A DNA stretch of 63,395 nucleotides, the filler included, from Fonticula-like sp. SCN 57-25 (Eukaryota), in assembly GCA_001724245.1 (NCBI GenBank). It is 2 parts of 2 records of this genome, joined end to end, with 100 filler letters (N's around TTAATTAATTAA, not from the genome) between each part and the next. Parts side by side here need not be neighbours in the genome. Positions count along the whole stretch, not along the records: positions 31,816 to 63,395 come from MEDX01000045.1; 1 more part is not named here. One strand, written 5' to 3'. A model generated the notes under the pieces. That model was not told the origin of the DNA and made no database searches. It saw only the letters and a list, made by a program, of their open reading frames with translations. The translations under genes and the position numbers were made by a program. Below, piece by piece: positions 55,401 to 63,395 of the stretch; the stretch's first letter is position 1, and every line of letters begins with the position of its first letter.

Positions 55401-57417
55401 GGTTGACGATGAGCAGGTGAATCTCGCCGCCCACGGTGGAGCGCTTGGAGCGCTTCTGAAGCGGGAACCAGTCCTCGAGCGGCGTGTACTCGCGCTTGAG
55501 GATCGTCTGCACATCGATGGAAAGCTGGCCGAGAAAGTCGTCCGGCTCCTCCTTCCAGAATTTCTTTGACAGCACGTTGTACTTGTACGCTTTGTCGTCG
55601 TCCTTGTCCCACACGTTCAAATAAATCTTTTCCGTAGAGTCGACGGGGACCTCACTGTGCGGCAAAACGTAAGAAAATGGCCAAAAACGCGCAGGAGTTG
55701 ACAAAAAAGCCGTACATGATGATCTTTTCGTCCCAAACAGGCGACAGCGTGGCCGGCTTGACGGTCGTCTTTGCGATAATGTCGCCGTACTCGATCGCCA
55801 CGTACGGGTCGCTCATGCCATTGGGGTCCTTGCCCACCAGGTTGCGCGCCTTGAGTACCTGGATGCAGATCTTGCGCCGCGAGCCGCGCGCCCTTTCCTC
55901 TGCCTGGTACTGGTCAAACATCTTGGGGTCCAGCCGGTTGAGGATCTTGTTCACGCGGCGGATCTCGTTCGCCTTCCAGATCTCAAAATCGCTCGCCGGG
56001 GAAAACGCCTGCTTGTTGTACACGGGGTTGGTGTCGAGCAGCAGCAGGTGCGCGCGCATCTCCTTGAACACACGCTGTGCACAGCAGATGCGTCAGTACA
56101 GGAACAGCGGGCATATTTAATTGGCGCACCTCTACACTGTTGTCCTTGGCCTGCGCGCTGAGCTTGTTGGCCACCTCGTCGTCGATGCCAAACACGTCCT
56201 GGAGATACTCCTTGAGGACGGCGTCGGTGCTCGTGCTCTCGGACCGCGACTGCACTGAAAGTTAGCGGCGACGCCTCTATAAAAGTGCGCGTACCGAGCG
56301 GCCAAGGGTGCCGTGCGTGTCGGACGTGTAAAACTTGTGCGCCGACTTCATGAGGTCGTCAAACATTTCGCACAGGTCCTCGTTGGTCGGGTGGCCGGGG
56401 ACCTTTCCGCCCTTCTCCGACAGCTAGATGCACGTCAGCTCGCCAGAAAGAAAAGAATAATAAGCAGTACCTGCTGGCGTGCGCGCACGACACAGTCGCT
56501 AAAGAGGTTTTGGATTTCGGCGTACTTGCCTCCGACGAGCGACTGGAAGGTGGACGGCGGCACCTTGTGCTCAAAGAGCTTGAGCGCGTGCTCGTACACA
56601 ATGTTGGGGCTTCCCTCCTTCTTGAGCTGCTTGCGCGTCTTAATAACGTGGTGGTACAGCACGCGCAGGTAGTCCTTTTGGATGAGAGTCTGCGGGTTCA
56701 GCGTGCTGCTGCCCAGGAGGAAGGTGTCCATGCTGAAAAGGTTGCGGACGCCTGCAGGGGAAACATGCAAAAATGTAAGCCAAACATCGATCAAGCCCTC
56801 TTTTTCGCTTTAAAAAAGCGGTATAACATGCGCACGTTTCTTTTCCTTTCCGTTTGCGCTGATCGTCAGCGAGCCCTGGCCGAGCAGCTTCTCGGCCTTG
56901 TCAGTGAGGCGGCAGAGCGTCGACTTGATGACGGCCTCGTACACCTTTTTGTTGTTCTCCGGTGTCGATTGGAGCATGCTGACGAGCGTCTGGGAGTCGC
57001 TCATCCAAACATCAAACTCGGCCGCGGCCTGCTGCACCTGCGACATGACGGGCAGCTGCGACGACGGCTCGATGGCGAGCTCGTCATCGTCAGAGTCGTC
57101 CTTCTGTGGGCAGCAAATGCCGTTAGCGCGAGGCACTGGGAGAAAGAGAAAGGCAAATAGACGTACCTCTTCCTCTTCCTTGCTCTCACGGCGGCGAGAG
57201 GCGTACAGATCAGAGAGGCTAGGGGGCAGTCAGTGGTGAGCATCACCGATTAGTCACAAATCAAGGGGTCGTACAAGGGAATGCTAACGTTCTTAAAGTC
57301 ATCGTTGATGATGTGAAAGTCGCGCACGCGGTCAATAGCGCCCTTCAACCCGGCGCCAATCGACGACGCAAACGCCTGCGACGGCCGCACCGTCTGCGGC
57401 TTTGAAGGCGTCGCCAT
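52481..57417 (-). CDS. Munc13-family protein (C2 - MHD1 - C2 - MHD2-like)
   Basis: C2 ([16 protein letters not shown]...VWDKDDD...DDFLG), MHD1 ([10 protein letters not shown]...WVTQAIAQD...TSSVIDVY), second C2 ([10 protein letters not shown]...[13 protein letters not shown]), MHD2-like ([12 protein letters not shown]). Confidence 0.85.
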
Positions 57418-57568
57418 CGTTCCTGCACGGTCGCCCCCTTGTACGGCGAAGCTAAGTCACGTGATGGGTAGTGGGTTTTGTGCTACCTTGAAGCTCAACT
57501 GGGGTGGGTACCCCCGTTTCTTGACCAGTGCCTTGATTCCCGTCCAGGATCCCAGTCGCACCGCCAAG

Positions 57569-58323
57569 ATGGTACGTCGGCTTTCTCGGCGCAGCAGGCA
57601 CACCTGCTTGCTGCCCTTTTCTGGTTGTCACCGTGTTACTGACATGAGCGGTTGTGAAGGGTATGAGCTTTTTCTTGCTGGTGAACCGCCAGGGCAAGGT
57701 CCGCCTTGCCAAGTGGTTCACCCCGCGGCCCGCTGCAGAGAAGACCAAGATCTCGCGCGAGGTCAGCCAGCTGGTGCTCACGCGCCGCGCCAAGCAGTGC
57801 AATTTCATCGAATGGAAGGGTACGCAGTGATTCCCGTTGGGCTGCGGCCGGTTCTAAGCGGCGCCCGTCGAACAGAGCAAAAGATTGTCTACAAGCGCTA
57901 CGCCAGCTTGTTCTTCATTGCCTGCATCGGCAACGAGGAGAACGAGCTCTACACACTCGAGGCTATCCACCAGTATGTGGAGGTCCTTGATCGCTACTTT
58001 GGAAACGTGCGTACTTTGTTTTGGGGGCGATTTCCCTCCTTGTTTGCCCTCATCTGCTTTGCATGTCGTACTGACCCTGTTGTTTTGCTTTCAGGTCTGC
58101 GAGCTTGATCTCATCTTCAACTTCCACAGGGTGCGCATTGCCGCTTTCCGTGCTTTTGTTATTCTAACGACTCGTCTCTTTGTTTCTGTAGGCCTTTTTC
58201 GTGCTCGACGAGGTCTTCCTTGGCGGCGAGTTGCAGGAGACGAGCAAAAAGACCATCCTCAAGGGCGTCGCGCAGCAGGACCTCTTGCAGGAGGCGCCCG
58301 AGCAGGTCCCTGGCGGCTTTTAA
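57569..58323 (+). CDS. AP1S: AP-1 adaptor complex sigma subunit
   Basis: [56 protein letters not shown]-only first coding exon. Confidence 0.9.
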
Positions 58324-58621
58324 ATTAAACTTAGCATTCGATACTTTTTTTCGTTTGTTCAACCTTATGTTTTGCGCGTCCTGTCTTTTTTTTGTACACC
58401 CAGCGAGGCATGCCACACCGGTGTAACATGAATAAAAATGCCTCGAAACTTAATTCCGGACCTGCCTTTGGCCTATTTTCTTCTGTCAGGCTCGCGCGTC
58501 AAACACTGGCCAAGCAAAATACATATTAATTTTTGTTTTGTGTCGTGCAAGTGTGGAAAGAAAGAGGTTTTGGATAAAAAGTTTTTTTTTATGGCATCAT
58601 CATGTACAAGGCGGGTAATGC

Positions 58622-59406
58622 TTACTCGGCATCCTCCTCGCCCTCCTCCTCGCGAGTGGCGGCGAGGCGGGCGCGCTTGCGCTTGACGCGGCCAGCACGG
58701 CCACCACCATAAGGCGAGGTAAGAGCAAAGTCAATGTGCTTCTGCGAGTCGAGGCGGACGATGAACGAGGGCACAGTCACGAGCTGCTTGCCAACGCGGA
58801 TGTGGCGCTGGAGGATGAGCACGCGGGCGTGGTGGACCGACTTGGCGAGGCCGAGCTTGAAGACCTGGGTCTGGAGGCGGCGCTCGAGGAAGTCCTGGAG
58901 GGTAAGAGCGAGCACGTAATCGAGCTTGTTCTTGGTCTCATCGAGCACACCAATGCGGATAAGGCGGCGGATGAGAGCGTTACCCTCGAAAAGGCGCTTG
59001 GGGTCCTTCTCGTCGAGCTTAAGAAGCTCACGGGCAGCCTTGCGCACCTTCGACAGGGTGTAGTTCATGCGCCAGACCTACGAGGGAAAAGGGTAAGAAA
59101 AGGAAAAAAGAAAAAAAGATGGACCACAGATGCGCCATAAAAAAGACCGAAAAGAAAAAGAAAAAACAGAGAAACAACTGACAAAGGAGAGGCGCCGACA
59201 CGAAAGGGCAATTCCAGCAAATAGATCGACGAAAAAAGAGCACATCGACACTTTTTTCGCTCTGAAGAAAAGAAAGGGAAAAGGGACAAAAAAAGTACCT
59301 CGTGCTTGTTCTTGAGGCCATACTCACCGCAGAGCTTGAGCTCCTGGTCAATGCGCTCCTTCTCAAAAGGGCGACGAGGCACCTTGTACGTCTTTGACCA
59401 CACCAT
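58622..59406 (-). CDS. RPS9: 40S ribosomal protein S9 (uS4), 2 exons
   Basis: [33 protein letters not shown]...[12 protein letters not shown]...FLERRLQT...HHARVLI. Confidence 0.99.
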
Positions 59407-59505
59407 TTTGTGGTACCGACCGACTTCTTAATGCAAGAAAGACCGCCGGGGCAAGGAAAAGAGGAAGAATCTAAAGCGGGAAAGGCGAAACCATGTGGTG
59501 AGTCG

Positions 59506-59753
59506 CTGTCTCACGAAAGCCATATTGCCCCATGTTAATTTCAATCTAAGTGTGAGACAGTTTCCATCTGAGACCTTTTCCACTTTTTCTTTCCTCTCGG
59601 TGGAAAGAAAATGAAAAAACGTCTCATCCTATGCCACATGCGGAAATAGGCTCTTTTCCGTCTCTGATTAATTTGGTCTACTCACGAATGAACGGTTCAT
59701 TCCCGTAGAAACGTAGAGAACGGTACACGCGACGAAAGTATCACTGTGAGACG
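59506..59753. promoter_or_regulatory. Cluster of five TGAGAC/GTCTCA motifs in the RPS9-RPL21 bidirectional promoter
   Basis: CTGTCTCAC 59506, GTGAGACAG 59552, TGAGAC 59569, GTCTCA 59621, TGTGAGACG 59745. Confidence 0.6.
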
Positions 59754-59883
59754 ATTTTTCCATGTCATGCTGTTCGGCCTTGACCATTTGGCCAGCCTCT
59801 TTCCCTCTTTCCCGGTGCTTGAAATCCCGTAGGGTCAATCTCTGAAGGTGCGCCCACGCTTTCTCTCTTTGCTTTTTTTGTTT

Positions 59884-59968
59884 GAATACGACCTGGCGGA
59901 GTGCTCTGTAAAGGAGGGTGCTCCCTTGAGTTTTTCCTGGGCGTTTTTGCGCTCCGCCAGGTCGATTC
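59884..59968 (+). other. Long stem-loop in the 5'-UTR intron (59848-60029) of RPL21
   Basis: CGACCTGGCGGAGTGC (59889-59904) pairs with GCGCTCCGCCAGGTCG (59949-59964), 16 bp with one G-U, extended by GAAT/ATTC. Confidence 0.8.
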
Positions 59969-60029
59969 TAGTCTTTTTTTTCTCCATCATGTTCCCTTCT
60001 CGGAATGCTAATCCCATCCCTATCTGCAG

Positions 60030-60688
60030 ATGGGTCACACTAGCGGTCTTCGCAAGGGCACGCGCTACATGTTCTCGCAGCGCTTCCGCAAGCACGGCGA
60101 GCCCGGCCTTGCCACGTACCTTAAGACGTACAAGACTGGCGATATCGTTGATGTGAAGGCCAACGCTGCCATCCACAAGGGTATGCCCTTCAAGTACTAC
60201 CACGGCCGCACCGGTGTTGTGTACAATGTCACCAAGCGCGCTGTCGGTGTTGTCGTCAACAAGCGCCTTGGCAACCGCATCATCCCCAAGCGCATCAACA
60301 TCCGCATTGAGCACGTCAAGGTACGAAATTTCTTTTTCTGGTATTTTTTCACCGCGTGCTCACGCTTTTTTTCCCTTTTTCAGCACTCGAAGTGCCGTGA
60401 CGATTTCCTCCAGCGTGTCAAGAAGAACGAGGAGCTCAAGAAGGCTGCCCGTGCCAACAACAGTACGCGCTCGGCTTTTCTGACCCGTGACACCCAACTA
60501 ACGTGGCCCCCTCTTTTCAGCCAAGGTTCTCGTCAAGCGCCTTCCCGCTGCCCCCCGCGCTGCCCACTTTGTCTCGACCAAGGATAACGCCCCCGAGACC
60601 GTGACCGCTGTCCCTTACCAGAGTACGCTCTTTTTGTCTGACCCTGTTGCACGCGCTCACCTTTTTTCTTTTTCTAGTCCTTCTGTAA
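60030..60688 (+). CDS. RPL21: 60S ribosomal protein L21 (eL21)
   Basis: [23 protein letters not shown]...GDIVDVK...[14 protein letters not shown]...[16 protein letters not shown]. Confidence 0.99.
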
Positions 60689-60829
60689 GTATTCGCACAT
60701 GGACAATTTTAAACATTTGTGAATAAAATGGTTCTTGTATTCCGGCTCTCTACCATGCTATACTGAAAGACAGAAAGAACACGTAAAAAAATGGTATTAG
60801 CTATACAGTACAAGTGAAAAGGCAACTAG

Positions 60830-62821
60830 CTACTCGTCGTCGTCCTTAAAGTTTGCCATTGGGTCCTCTGCGTTTGCCCGCTTGAGTCGGTATGCCTCGA
60901 GCTCCTCGGCCGTCACCTGGTCCGACGCGCCGCTCATCGAGTTGTACTTTCGCTTGCGGTCGTCCGCGTGGTCTCCCCTGAGCCGCTGCTCCTCGGCGCG
61001 CAACGCCGCGCTCATCTTTTCCTTGTCCAGCACCTGGTCCTCGAGCTCGGTCGTCTTGTACGACGTGCCCTTTCGGGGAACCGCCGCCGGCTTGGCAAAC
61101 GTCTTTTCCTCGCTCGCCTGGTCAGCGGCCTGCTGCTCGTCGGCGCCCTGCTGCTGCTCGCCCGAGGCCGCCATCTTTGCCTGGCGGCGCAGCTCAATGT
61201 TTGTGGACCCCGTGCAGTACGAGTTGCGAACAAACTGCTGGCAGCACTTGAAGCCCCACTTGCCGTCCTCCCAGTAGGAGCCCCAGACGGACGTGTGGTT
61301 CTGGGGGAACACTGACAAAGAGAAAAGGTGTTGAGCAACACAAAGATGGGGAAAGAACAGGCGCGTACCATCTTCGCTGTACTTTGACCGCGTCGTGGCC
61401 TCCTCTTGTCCACTGATGACCTGGCCGGTACGCGAATACTCGACATATCTAAAGAGAGCCCGCGTCAGAATGAAAAGGAAAAGGCCTGAAAAATGGCGCA
61501 CCGCTCGCTCTGTGCCAAGAGCAACTCCTTTGGCGGCGCCTGCAAATGTTCCCCGCCGCCGTACTTTTCCAAAATATCTAAACGGCCACCCGTGTCAGCA
61601 ATCATTACACCATAAAAAGAGCGGCGTACTCGTCCGCTGCGACCCCTGCAGCTCCTCCTTCTTCTTTGCAAACTCCTTTAGCATAAACTCTGCCGCCGTC
61701 GGCGTCGCCTGCAAGTGAACATTGACACCGCGGTTGGACGCGTCCCACACAAACGCCTGCATGCTGTTCATCTTGCCGACGTCGCCCGTGTTGCGGAACG
61801 CATTGTCGCCGCTGAACGACGTCTCGGCCGGGTCGGCCGACGGGTTGGGGTTCTCGCGCATCGAGCGCGATTTCGGGTCGTAGTGAGCAGAGTCGGGGTC
61901 CAAATTACGCAAATATTTAGCCGTGTCCTCGCGAATTCTGTTCAAAATCATCATGAAAGTGAGCAAACGTCGGGCGTGCGGGCCTCGCGTGGTTCGCACC
62001 GAAGGTTCCTGACTGTGATACGCTTGTTCTGGTCGACCTTTTGACCCGCCATGTCGGCCTCGTCGGCGTACTTTTCATCGTCCTGGTCGTCCTTTTCGTC
62101 GTCGCTCGCGGCCTCGCCGCCCTCCCTGAGCAGAAAGCCGGTCAGCATCGCAGCATCATGAACAAGAAAACGTACTTTGCCTCGAGCTTGCGCGCCAGCT
62201 CCGCCTCCCTGAGCTCCTTCCGCTTGGCGTCCACGCGCTCCCAGGCCTCAATCTGCTGCTGGTACTCTGCGGCGTCGTAGCCGTTCCACCGATCGCGCTT
62301 GGCGTCGTAGCCCTGCTTGAGCGTCGTGATGACCTCGTCAGACTTGATGTCCGACCCCGTCCACTTTGCGCCGGTCTCGCGCGGGCGGTCAAGGCAGTCC
62401 TTGCGCTTGTGCGTCATCGACCCGCAGTTCTCGCACGCGCCCTTGCGATACTTTGTCGCCGTTCCCTACAAGCAGCGATGGGTGAGCAGCGGGGAGGAAA
62501 GAGGAGCTCGCGCGTACGGTGATGGCGCCGCGCTGGTACCACTCCTTCGACTCGGATTCACGCTCGGGCGCCTGCTGGTGGCGCATCGTGACAGTGCCAG
62601 TGTCCACATACCCTACGAGCAAGCGGCATTCAGTACGACACAAGGCGGCATCAGCAAGTCGTACATGGCGTCTGCGACATGTACTGCGGGATGTGGGGGT
62701 TGATGTCGAGGCCGGTCTCCTCATCGACCTCGGCCGGCACCGTACCGGCCTTGCGCGCGGCGTCGAGCTCCGCGCGCTGCTTCCATTCTGTCCGCGAAAG
62801 CTTATTCTGCGTCGTCGCCAT
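60830..62821 (-). CDS. SLU7: Pre-mRNA splicing factor Slu7
   Basis: [22 protein letters not shown]; zinc knuckle [51 protein letters not shown]. Confidence 0.97.
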
Positions 62822-62944
62822 GGCCGTGCGCGGTTGGAGCGGCCGATCCGCGGCGGATGACGAGTTTGATATGAAAATCACATGCGATTTTGTGTTTTGA
62901 AGTTCAATTCGGCGAGGCATCGAGCGGGCAGCGAGGACGAGAGC

Positions 62945-63395
62945 ATGCTGTCGCAGGTGTTTGTGCTCACCCTCAAGGGCGACACGCTCCTCTACAAAGA
63001 CTGTACGCATGGCTTGCTTGGGGCTGAATCCATGAAGTGTGCCATGAAATTAATGGAAACTAGATCGCGGCGATGTCGTAAAAGGGACGCCAGACATTTT
63101 CTTCCGCAAGCTCAAGACCTTTAAGAATCAAGAGATCCCGCCTGTTTTCGTGCGTCTCTGCTCTGCTCTCTTGGCTGTCCTCAGCCTTTGTACGCAACGC
63201 TGACTGGCGGTGCGCTTGCAGAACATTGATTCGACGCACTTTGTGCACCAAAAGATTGGCAACCTCTACTTTGTTGCCGTGACCAAGTTCAATGTGTCGC
63301 CCGCCTGGGCGCTCTCCTTCCTCGGCCAGCTCGCCCGCGTCTTCAAGGACTTTTGCGGCGTTCTCAGCGAGGAGTCGCTCCGCCTCAACTTTGCG
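62945..63395 (+). CDS. AP4M1: Adaptor complex medium subunit, most similar to AP-4 mu (5' part only)
   Basis: [23 protein letters not shown]...IFFRKL...PPVFNID..HFVH...[13 protein letters not shown]...[19 protein letters not shown]. Confidence 0.8.

Overview
Gene-dense, GC-rich nuclear DNA from a unicellular eukaryote with short spliceosomal introns (donors mostly GT[A/G]CG[C/T], CTRAC-like branch points). I identify 34 protein-coding genes; one is split by a 100-bp assembly linker at 31716-31815 and one is cut by the window end. Most are housekeeping genes, many in very tight head-to-head pairs (MED6/CDC73, TFIIB/TFIIF-beta, RPS9/RPL21 and others). Fungal-type genes (F-box+Sec10 Rcy1, Git1-like Munc13 domain order, RPS9-RPL21 linkage) occur alongside genes most fungi lack (AP-4 mu, PACS-like, full-length TEP1), which suggests an early-branching opisthokont or related protist (inference only). 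Best leads: a complete TEP1-like vault/telomerase protein; a 2OG-Fe(II) dioxygenase-TPR fusion ending in a CaaX box; a small orphan protein with an exact PKA-RI pseudosubstrate motif; an AT-rich relic ORF resembling a viral penton C-terminus; a long RNA stem in the RPL21 5'-UTR intron; and recurrent promoter motifs. CDS coordinates run from first to last codon including introns; exon structures were inferred by eye and no database searches were run.
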